A stretch of DNA of 64,000 bases from Halobacteriovorax sp. (lineage in GTDB: Bacteria; Bdellovibrionota; Bacteriovoracia; Bacteriovoracales; Bacteriovoracaceae): the NCBI GenBank assembly GCA_002720865.1, contig PBIO01000025.1, positions 17 to 64,016 of the forward strand. The letters run 5' to 3'. The notes beneath the pieces were generated by a model, which saw only the letters and a program-made list of their open reading frames with translations, was not told the origin of the DNA and searched no databases. The position numbers and the translations under genes were made by a program. Below, in pieces: positions 36,460-43,485 of this stretch (the first letter of the stretch is position 1; each line of letters begins with the position of its first letter).

Positions 36460-36627
36460 ATATGGTTAAGGAAGCACAGCATATGATTCGCGACGGCCCG
36501 TAGCTCGGTAGCACTCGGACAGCAGCACCGCTGCGCAACAGCCACTCTCGTGGGTGGGTGGGGCAGTTTGTCACTTTTTGGTGTACAGCGGCGCATAGAT
36601 AGATAAGGGCGAGAGCCCTTTTTTTTT
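36460..36627 (+). ncRNA. candidate small RNA (~170 nt) between promoter P10 and a terminator
   Basis: bounded by P10 and the AGGGC-GAGA-GCCCT-T9 terminator; only a 6-codon ORF inside; internal GCAGC/GCTGC and CCGCTG/CAGCGG pairings. Confidence 0.45.
36605..36627 (+). terminator. intrinsic terminator (+ strand)
   Basis: AGGGC GAGA GCCCT followed by nine T. Confidence 0.75.
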
Positions 36628-36849
36628 CGGCCGAGTTCCGGTACACTGCACTCTAGCATGTATTTCCCCTGTCGCTCACCCACGCCGATAGTCTGACGAG
36701 CCAGTAGGGCAATGGACTTTTGGCCACAACTGACAAAGCAAGAGGGCAGAAGTAACAGTAGCTAACCATCTATCAACCCATTATAGATAATTTACATCTT
36801 TCTGTTATACTACTAGCACATATAAGCAGTAGGATACTAATAGGAGGTA

Positions 36850-36963
36850 ATGATGTTGTCTATAGAGACTTTGCTATTATTGCTGATAGGATGTGTGTAC
36901 GTATGTGGTATGGTATCAGGTTACGGGCTATATATGTTATTGACTTATAAGAATGAGGAGTAG
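36850..36963 (+). CDS. small membrane peptide (37 aa)
   Basis: AGGAGG RBS; MMLSIETLLLLLIGCVYVCGMVSGYGLYMLL... Confidence 0.45.
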   Translation: MMLSIETLLLLLIGCVYVCGMVSGYGLYMLLTYKNEE

Positions 36964-37048
36964 GTGACTTACCTGCTTACTCTTCTGTTACTTACACACT
37001 CTTACTGTTTTTTAGTATTACCCGCCACGGAGCCGATAGTCACACGAG

Positions 37049-37228
37049 CTATGGGTCAATAGGTTTCCGCCCATCTAGTTCAGGGAAGTCGCCGTACTCA
37101 AGCATCATCAGTGTGCGCAGATTATTCATTTGCGCTCTATCGTTGACTACCTTAAGTTGATTATCAAGGTGTTCAATCTTTTCCTCGAGCTTATCAATAC
37201 CAAGAAGCCATTTCAGAAATTTACGCAC
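37049..37228 (-). CDS. small coiled-coil protein (59 aa, GTG start)
   Basis: GTGCGTAA overlap with the upstream stop; VRKFLKWLLGIDKLEEKIEHLDNQLKVV... Confidence 0.4.
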   Translation of the reverse strand: MRKFLKWLLGIDKLEEKIEHLDNQLKVVNDRAQMNNLRTLMMLEYGDFPELDGRKPIDP

Positions 37229-37397
37229 TGCTAATTACCGTAAGCATTTCTTTAGTTGCAACAACTTCTGTTTGAGACTCTTGGCATCTGACCTCATAAA
37301 CAAATCCCGTTCCCACAGAATATCTAACGACCATGATTAGTCCAAGCTCCTCGTTTCCAGATCTAGTTATAACTCTTACCAAATCACCGACTTTCAT
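37221..37397 (-). CDS. KOW-like MKxGDLV-family protein
   Basis: start ATG 37397: MKVGDLVRVITRSGNEELGLIMVV. Confidence 0.6.
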   Translation of the reverse strand: MKVGDLVRVITRSGNEELGLIMVVRYSVGTGFVYEVRCQESQTEVVATKEMLTVISSA

Positions 37398-37581
37398 TGA
37401 TAATACTCCACTTTGTATAGTCAAGTCGAGTCACCCAACTCCGACCATCATCACTTAGAATCCTCAACCGAGGGGTCTTTTGATACTCTCCTGTCTTAGG
37501 CGGCATCACTCCCAGTACTAGGGCAATGCAACCATGTGCCTTAATCAGGTCACCTTCTTTGACATGGTTACCAGGTTTCAT
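37384..37581 (-). CDS. KOW-like MKxGDLV-family protein
   Basis: start ATG 37581: MKPGNHVKEGDLIKA; ends IINESR with the 14-nt overlap. Confidence 0.55.
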   Translation of the reverse strand: MKPGNHVKEGDLIKAHGCIALVLGVMPPKTGEYQKTPRLRILSDDGRSWVTRLDYTKWSIINESR

Positions 37582-37745
37582 TGAATTGGCTCCATCAATC
37601 GTTGCAGTACCCAATTAAGCCGGCCGTCTGACCACTTAACAAGGTAGGTTGGATCTGCAGACTCAATAGCTTGGTGGTAACCAATAATGATACCCAATAG
37701 CCCACCTTCAGAGAGTTTATGTCTTACCATGTCACCGATCTTCAT
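37578..37745 (-). CDS. KOW-like MKxGDLV-family protein (55 aa, not in ORF track)
   Basis: MKIGDMVRHKLSEGGLLGIIIGY...; ATGA overlap downstream. Confidence 0.55.
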   Translation of the reverse strand: MKIGDMVRHKLSEGGLLGIIIGYHQAIESADPTYLVKWSDGRLNWVLQRLMEPIQ

Positions 37746-37747
37746 AG

Positions 37748-37993
37748 TCATCGCAACAACTCTCCATACGCTTCTTTTCCATACTCTTCCCAGTCATCCA
37801 GGGACCACAGATCATCTCGATCTGTCCAGAAGGTATATGGATCCAGGGTCGGTCGACCGGTAAGTGATCGCTTACTAGCCATGACCTCGAAATTCCCTTC
37901 TCTTCCACCTCTGCCAGTAGTAACCACAATCCCAGTTTGCAGGTCATTATGATAGTAGTCTTCGAAAATCACCACGTCACCAAGCTTAAGCAT
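37748..37993 (-). CDS. KOW-like family protein
   Basis: start ATG 37993 (AGGAAAAAG RBS): MLKLGDVVIFEDYY...GIVVTTG. Confidence 0.55.
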   Translation of the reverse strand: MLKLGDVVIFEDYYHNDLQTGIVVTTGRGGREGNFEVMASKRSLTGRPTLDPYTFWTDRDDLWSLDDWEEYGKEAYGELLR

Positions 37994-38003
37994 ATTCTTT
38001 TTC

Positions 38004-38267
38004 CTATCGTCGCTCGATGCCAAACCACTCTGGGCGGCCACACTCATTCCACTCGGCAGTCGTCATCAGATCCTCACGCTCTCGCCAGATAATCATCTCC
38101 TCATAAATCCCATGTTCCGGGAGTGCGCATACCTTCACCAAGTAGTGGCCGGCTTCGTATCCGGTGATGACTCCTGCCATGATAGCGTTTGCGGCGAAGT
38201 CTTCGTAGTGAACGACGTCGTTAATCTTAAGCACTATATCTATCTTTCTAAAGTAGCGAGGATCCAT
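38004..38267 (-). CDS. KOW-like family protein (diverged)
   Basis: LKINDVVHYEDF...AGVITGY; own promoter. Confidence 0.55.
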   Translation of the reverse strand: MDPRYFRKIDIVLKINDVVHYEDFAANAIMAGVITGYEAGHYLVKVCALPEHGIYEEMIIWREREDLMTTAEWNECGRPEWFGIERR

Positions 38268-38284
38268 TCCCCACCAACATTTAG

Positions 38285-38317
38285 ATTATACCATGAAGGA
38301 AGTAGAAATGCACGATA
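38285..38317 (-). promoter_or_regulatory. TTCGTGCAA-class promoter variant (P8)
   Basis: ATCGTGCATTT, 17-nt spacer, TATAAT (38290-38285). Confidence 0.6.
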
Positions 38318-38382
38318 ATAACTTTATTGTGAAATAAAAGTTTGTATTGTAGCCATACGTAATATTACAACCTGAGGTTAAT

Positions 38383-38577
38383 ATGTTAGATAGATATAGA
38401 GAGTGGATTTCTCATATGTCAGATGGTCAAGCTGACCTAATGGCATCTTTTGGTTACCTGGTGTGGTGTAGCTTACTAGTAACCGGAATATTATCATACG
38501 GTGCTGGTGCTTTAATACCTATGGTTCTATCTTTTGGCCTGGCCGGTGTATTAACTGCATCCGTATACATTCATTAA
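38383..38577 (+). CDS. small membrane protein
   Basis: GAGG RBS; two hydrophobic helices. Confidence 0.55.
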   Translation: MLDRYREWISHMSDGQADLMASFGYLVWCSLLVTGILSYGAGALIPMVLSFGLAGVLTASVYIH

Positions 38578-39392
38578 ATGCAATCCTCAACATATTCAGG
38601 CCAGTATTGAAGTACTTCTGCCTGTGAGAAAAATTCATTCTGAGAATCTGTCCAGTGCTCCGGAGCATCATTTCTTGATATATTTTCAGTCCCTGTACCA
38701 GACCTCTGATGCCATGTGTGACAAAAATACTCTTTGGCAGCGGTCATGGCAACCTTGTCCTCAATATATTTGCATTTGTATTCAAGTGCTGGATCACCAG
38801 AATCCCAAAATGGCCAGGCCTTAATAGAAACCCACAGGGGTACCAAGCCATTCGCCTCATTGTCAATTGATAATATTTCACCATTCTCATCTATCCCAGT
38901 TATAAAGGGGTATGTGTGCTGACGTGGGGTACTGTAAAACATATCTTGGTCTGAACAGGCGTTTCTTAAGAATATATCCATTCTTGCATCTTCAGTTGTT
39001 ATCCAGAATGGATCCATATTGGAAAATGCGCCAGCTTCGATACCAGCAACTATTCCATGTATTAGAGATTCGAAGCTATAATCTAGATAATACAAAGGTT
39101 GGCCAGAAGGTGCTATCTGCGCCTGACGTTCATCAGGAGCTCCGTCTCCAAAAAGCCTCGGCCTTAATATCCGGTTCGTTGCATGGTCGATATAGAACTG
39201 AATTGCCTTCTCAATTTCTTCAGAGAAGACAGGTATCTGGTCAACATCAATCTGTTCTCCTGGGTCAGGAGGTATAATATGTTGAGATGGTTGATCATCA
39301 ACTTCCTGAATGTCAGGTGTGTTCGTTGTTGGTAGTTCAGTTTCTTGAGAATTTGCTTCGTGGATGCTGGGTTGGTCTGGGTTATGATAGTT
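38574..39392 (-). CDS. open frame continuous with the upstream gene across TGA 39393-39395 (the track ORF 38574..39095 is its 3' part)
   Basis: 99 codons between the TGA and TTG 39095 contain no stop and no ATG/GTG/TTG; the sequence is protein-like (acidic/Pro linker, then EEIEKAIQFYIDHATNRIL...). Confidence 0.5.
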   Translation of the reverse strand, partial: NYHNPDQPSIHEANSQETELPTTNTPDIQEVDDQPSQHIIPPDPGEQIDVDQIPVFSEEIEKAIQFYIDHATNRILRPRLFGDGAPDERQAQIAPSGQPLYYLDYSFESLIHGIVAGIEAGAFSNMDPFWITTEDARMDIFLRNACSDQDMFYSTPRQHTYPFITGIDENGEILSIDNEANGLVPLWVSIKAWPFWDSGDPALEYKCKYIEDKVAMTAAKEYFCHTWHQRSGTGTENISRNDAPEHWTDSQNEFFSQAEVLQYWPEYVEDCI

Positions 39393-40217
39393 TCAATTTT
39401 CAATAAACTCTATCAACAAATCAGAAATATCATAGGCAGTCTCAATCAACACTTCAATGCTAGTACGTTCTTCTTCTGTAACATCTTCTTTTAAAGTAAC
39501 CGGGAGGGAATCTAATAGGTCTTTTGCTTCTTTAGGTGATAATCCGGTTATATCCCGCACCAACTTGATCATATCGACTTTCTCATTTAGGTCATAGCCA
39601 TGAAGCCGAACAGTATAGCTAACATCGTCAGCCGGTGGGGTAATAGTTTCTTCATCTTCATGAGAATCCTGCGTCATGAGCTCTGCTAGACTTACTTTCA
39701 TATTGTTCAACTCAACAGCAATATCTGCACATAACTTTTCATTTTTAGCAATTTCATTTTTGAGTGCGTCAGTTGTTTGTTGTTCACGTTTTTCAAGATT
39801 GTTCAGCGCGTCGCTGTTGCTCTTGGTCTTACCCCAATGTTTGTCAATAGCAGTACTTAAAGCCTCAATCTCGCCAACAAAATGTTCACTGATTGCCTTA
39901 TCACAGCGGTTTGCAATTTCTTCTATTACGTCAATTCGCTTTGAGATCTTATCTAAGTCTAGCTTTGAGTCTAATTTAGACATCTCGTCTATAACCCTGT
40001 GTATGTTATCCCATATCCTTATTTGATCCATTGCCATTGTTGAAATAGATGACATGTATGAGCTCAAGGTTTGTTCAATTTCTTCATCGCTAGCATCTGA
40101 GCTTGCTATTACCTTTAATAGCGCAGATTTTCTTTCTAATTCAATCTCTTTTTTTATCTCTTTTTTAAGATCTTCATTATTTTTCTCTATTCCAAATAAT
40201 CTTAATATCCAGCTCAT
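39393..40217 (-). CDS. coiled-coil protein with ribosomal L7/L12 C-terminal-domain homology
   Basis: KVDMIKLVRDITGLSPKEAKDLLDSLPVTLKEDVTEEE matches the bL12 CTD pattern K..VIK.VR..TGLGLKEAKDLV...P..KE.V.KEEA; start set at ATG 40217 (MSWILRLFG). Confidence 0.7.
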   Translation of the reverse strand: MSWILRLFGIEKNNEDLKKEIKKEIELERKSALLKVIASSDASDEEIEQTLSSYMSSISTMAMDQIRIWDNIHRVIDEMSKLDSKLDLDKISKRIDVIEEIANRCDKAISEHFVGEIEALSTAIDKHWGKTKSNSDALNNLEKREQQTTDALKNEIAKNEKLCADIAVELNNMKVSLAELMTQDSHEDEETITPPADDVSYTVRLHGYDLNEKVDMIKLVRDITGLSPKEAKDLLDSLPVTLKEDVTEEERTSIEVLIETAYDISDLLIEFIEN

Positions 40218-40362
40218 GTGCGTCCGTCCTTTGTGGCAAATATGTCTAAGTATAAATATTTCGAACATGTTCAAGCGCTTCTCAGAATTTTGAGTTATTT
40301 TACTCGAGTCAATGTATCGCTTATAATGTTTATAACGCTTATTCGACAGGAGATTTAAATCA

Positions 40363-40794
40363 ATGAAAAATATAAGCTTACTTGTTTTTACTAGCCTTAT
40401 GCTAACTGCTTGCCCGGGCCCGGGTCCACAGTATCATGCACCGGCTGAGAGTTGCGTTAAAGAGTACTCATACGCAATGCGAGCACTAGCTGCTGTCGAC
40501 CGTGGGGTGGGCGAAGATAGTGTGGAAGCTAACGAGCATGCATGTGACGCGTCATGGGCGGCATTCGTAGATTCAAGCATGTTAGATTCCGATGCACTTC
40601 CAGATTGGTATAGGTGGCATAATGAGCTATGGTTCAGCGATGAGCTTAAGGATGCAATGCCACAATGTCGTGGGAATGACGGGACTAGTGAGTATCACGC
40701 ATGGACACTTTTAAAAGACGATGAAGTTATGAGAGTGCGATGTACACTTAAGTGTGATGGTCATGACCCGGGCTCTTGTGAACAACCAGAATAG
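40363..40794 (+). CDS. Cys-rich lipoprotein
   Basis: signal peptide with lipobox MLTAC. Confidence 0.65.
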   Translation: MKNISLLVFTSLMLTACPGPGPQYHAPAESCVKEYSYAMRALAAVDRGVGEDSVEANEHACDASWAAFVDSSMLDSDALPDWYRWHNELWFSDELKDAMPQCRGNDGTSEYHAWTLLKDDEVMRVRCTLKCDGHDPGSCEQPE

Positions 40795-40892
40795 CTTCTT
40801 TTTGAATTAATGTAAGGTTTAGTGCAATACCATTGTATATTTATTTGGTGTCAAGGGTGATAAATTATCCCTCTTAATCCTAAGGATATACA

Positions 40893-41246
40893 ATGAAAAA
40901 CTTTACTTTACTTTGTTCTCTGTTGTTTTTGGTGGGTTGTCCAACACCTACCCCTGAACCAGAGCCGGATCCGCCCGAGCCAGTTGTCGAAGTACAATGT
41001 CAAACAATTGAACGATGTCAATTATTAGTGCAAGCATGCTTAAATGAAATGTGCCCAAAGTATTTTGCACAAGGTAAGAGTGCTGCCGATGCATTTCAAT
41101 ATTGCACTGTTGATATGACCGCAAGGCACCCTATTATGAGGCAGCATGATTGTGCACAGTGTATCGAAGAAGACCGTAGGATTAATCGTGGCCGAAATTT
41201 CGGGTCGATTATATCCAACGTCGATAGGTGCCAAACCGGTAATTAG
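40893..41246 (+). CDS. Cys-rich lipoprotein
   Basis: lipobox FLVGC followed by a PTPTPEPEPDPPEP linker. Confidence 0.65.
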   Translation: MKNFTLLCSLLFLVGCPTPTPEPEPDPPEPVVEVQCQTIERCQLLVQACLNEMCPKYFAQGKSAADAFQYCTVDMTARHPIMRQHDCAQCIEEDRRINRGRNFGSIISNVDRCQTGN

Positions 41247-41261
41247 CCGAAAGCTTATATT

Positions 41262-41732
41262 ATGATTAAAATAATTTCTGCCGCCTTCGGTATTGCTTTT
41301 GTACTGGCCGCCGCCTGCAGTCCGCAAGTTGAACCGAATACAGGGCATACGTCCCAAGTCCCGAGCCTTTCAGCTTGCCATATATTATATGACTCAGAAA
41401 CACAAACATGGGTAAGGGCAATATTGCCTCAAAACAGTACACAGTTCGAATTATGCGATCCACTCATCGATGATTACAACGTTGAATACGAAGCACAGTG
41501 CCAGCTAATCAATTACGGTACTGTTTTAGGCTATGAAACAGAGCCTCAAAGATTCGAGCTTCTAGAAGAATATTGTTTGGATGAGCCTATCGACGGTCGA
41601 TGTGATACCTTTAACTGCCAAGACGTACATAAGGCAATTAATCCGGACGCGGGTTGGGCATATCCCTCAGGTTGTGTTGCAATATTAAATCGTAATGAAG
41701 GTACATGTACAGCAATGTGGAACGATCAGTAA
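41262..41732 (+). CDS. Cys-rich lipoprotein
   Basis: lipobox LAAAC. Confidence 0.6.
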   Translation: MIKIISAAFGIAFVLAAACSPQVEPNTGHTSQVPSLSACHILYDSETQTWVRAILPQNSTQFELCDPLIDDYNVEYEAQCQLINYGTVLGYETEPQRFELLEEYCLDEPIDGRCDTFNCQDVHKAINPDAGWAYPSGCVAILNRNEGTCTAMWNDQ

Positions 41733-42632
41733 TTAATCTTCATCATAATCGTCGATATCATCAAATACATAACTACAATTATCTTCAAAATAGTCAATAA
41801 TCAAATCGAGTGGTTCTGTATATTCAACATCATCGATAACCCAAAAATCATCCAGACCATCGGCAATGATCTCTGTTAAAATATCTTCGGGGTTATCTGG
41901 GCACCAATCTTCACAAAAATCTTGAATACGTATTTTTAACACGTCAAGTCTTTCTGCATTCCAAAAATAAGAATCAATCGTATCAGGCGTCGATAAAAAG
42001 ATATATTTCTTTACCTTATGCTCTACGTCATCGGTGTTCCAATATTCTAACTCAAAAACTATCTCAATATTCTCATCATTGTCTTCAGGTATTGGAAACC
42101 TAAATGGGTCAAGAAAAAGGGACTGCAATGATACTCCACTCGGAGCGCCGCACCATGACAAATCAACCGGTGCCTCGAGGCTGGGTGAAAATAAGATCCG
42201 ATTAGTAGAATTTGGAGGCTGTGTGTATACAGTATACAGCAGATTATTGTACTTTGACTTAAGGCCGACGATATCAGGAAATTTAGAATTATTTAAAAGC
42301 TCTATTACATTATCTGCAGATATTACGCCGCCGCGGCCGCATAATGCAATACCGTCATGATTATTTAATAAATCCCATTCATGGCCATATACCTCTTTTT
42401 CAATCATCATTAGGCGATCATCGATATCAGATATGTCATGAAGCCCTAGTTCATCAATATCATCATAAAGCTCTGATATCGCTGTAGCGGTTATATTTTG
42501 TTGATCTACATGACCTTGTTTTAAAAGCTTTAAATTTGATACTAGCTCTTTTTCTTTTTTCTTTTGGTCGTTAACGAATTGATCAAACTCTTTTTTTGAA
42601 ACGGTCCCAAATAGCCTTGCCCAGAAAGACAT
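41733..42632 (-). CDS. acidic protein sharing the MSxW.RLFG N-terminus with 39393..40217
   Basis: MSFWARLFGTVSKKE... versus MSWILRLFGIEKNNE...; very acidic C-terminus. Confidence 0.6.
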   Translation of the reverse strand: MSFWARLFGTVSKKEFDQFVNDQKKKEKELVSNLKLLKQGHVDQQNITATAISELYDDIDELGLHDISDIDDRLMMIEKEVYGHEWDLLNNHDGIALCGRGGVISADNVIELLNNSKFPDIVGLKSKYNNLLYTVYTQPPNSTNRILFSPSLEAPVDLSWCGAPSGVSLQSLFLDPFRFPIPEDNDENIEIVFELEYWNTDDVEHKVKKYIFLSTPDTIDSYFWNAERLDVLKIRIQDFCEDWCPDNPEDILTEIIADGLDDFWVIDDVEYTEPLDLIIDYFEDNCSYVFDDIDDYDED

Positions 42633-42808
42633 AATATTATGCTCCTTAAGTTATTTTTTTTCAGAACTAAACCTAAACAGCGATATCGCATGTGCGATAT
42701 GCCTATAAATATGGAGCTACTGTATGATATAATACCGTATATATAATTTCACATAATATATGTAGACAGTTTAGATAGTTAATAATAGAACCCTAAGCTG
42801 GAAAAACG

Positions 42809-43150
42809 TTGAGACTTGCAATAATACTTTTAGCATTCCTCGCGTGCGCACCTGAACAGCAGGAACTTTTTGACCGATCGGTATTTGAAGATACGTGGTG
42901 GGAAGTTAATACACTGGGATACAATGCATGTTTTCTTGTACATCAATCTGGGGAAATATTTATATTTGAGCCAGATTATGGAACATATTTTGCAGGTTCA
43001 TGGGAGTATGAAGATCCCGGAATGTATCACGTTGAATCCGACTCACTAAATAATGCAGAAGTACTAGAAATTAAAAAGAAGAAAGACTGTTGGAAAATTT
43101 CAGGATACTCTATTTTAAAAATAGAAGCATGCGCATGTACATTACTATAA
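42809..43150 (+). CDS. lipoprotein
   Basis: TTG start; lipobox AFLAC. Confidence 0.55.
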   Translation: MRLAIILLAFLACAPEQQELFDRSVFEDTWWEVNTLGYNACFLVHQSGEIFIFEPDYGTYFAGSWEYEDPGMYHVESDSLNNAEVLEIKKKKDCWKISGYSILKIEACACTLL

Positions 43151-43175
43151 AAAAAGGAGGGCGTTAGCCCTCCTT
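43149..43175. terminator. bidirectional hairpin between convergent genes
   Basis: AAGGAGGGC GTTA GCCCTCCTT with an A-run on the left, which is a T-run on the minus strand. Confidence 0.75.
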
Positions 43176-43201
43176 CGTATATCGAAAACTAGTTAATAGT
43201 T

Positions 43202-43429
43202 TTACTTCACTGTTGCATCTGCATCATCAACATTAGTATTCTTGACAGCCGGTGCAATTTCAAACCCTGTAGTTTCTTGAGTCACTGCAGGTTTCGAAGG
43301 TATGACAGCCGGAGCCTTTGTTGAAGTTACAACATCAGGTTCTGAATTAGATGATTGAAGATAAAACAATCCAACAACTAATCCTAAAACTGTTACTGCT
43401 GCTACAACATATGTAGTATACTTTTTCAT
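43202..43429 (-). CDS. membrane-anchored protein
   Basis: start ATG 43429 (AAGGAG RBS): MKKYTTYVVAAVTVLGLVVGLFYL. Confidence 0.6.
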   Translation of the reverse strand: MKKYTTYVVAAVTVLGLVVGLFYLQSSNSEPDVVTSTKAPAVIPSKPAVTQETTGFEIAPAVKNTNVDDADATVK

Positions 43430-43451
43430 GATTAAATCACTCCTTGTTTCG

Positions 43452-43485
43452 AAAAAAAGAGAAGCCCAGCATTCCAAGGCTTCTC
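43452..43485 (-). terminator. intrinsic terminator ending the upstream non-coding stretch
   Basis: GAGAAGCC...GGCTTCTC 8-bp stem followed by T7 on the minus strand. Confidence 0.75.

Noticed and set aside
36490-36560. tRNA-like string GTAGCTCGGTAGCAC
   Set aside because: The D-stem does not pair (GCTC versus GCAC). No GTTCRA T-loop or acceptor stem could be found.
36363-36683. Minus-strand ORFs 36363..36683 and 36458..36646
   Set aside because: They have no RBS and are Arg/Cys/Pro-rich. The region is better explained by a plus-strand promoter, transcript and terminator unit.
36690-36745. Hammerhead-like CTGACGAG core
   Set aside because: No matching CGAAA element follows stem II, so the conserved core is incomplete.
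38912-39403. ORFs 39164..39403 (-) and 38912..39277 (+)
   Set aside because: They overlap the 99-codon open frame that links the two neighbouring genes. They have an odd composition and no RBS.
42675-42705. Palindromic GCGATATCGC / GCGATAT repeat in the divergent intergenic region
   Set aside because: It is short and isolated. It could be an operator, but there is no second line of evidence.
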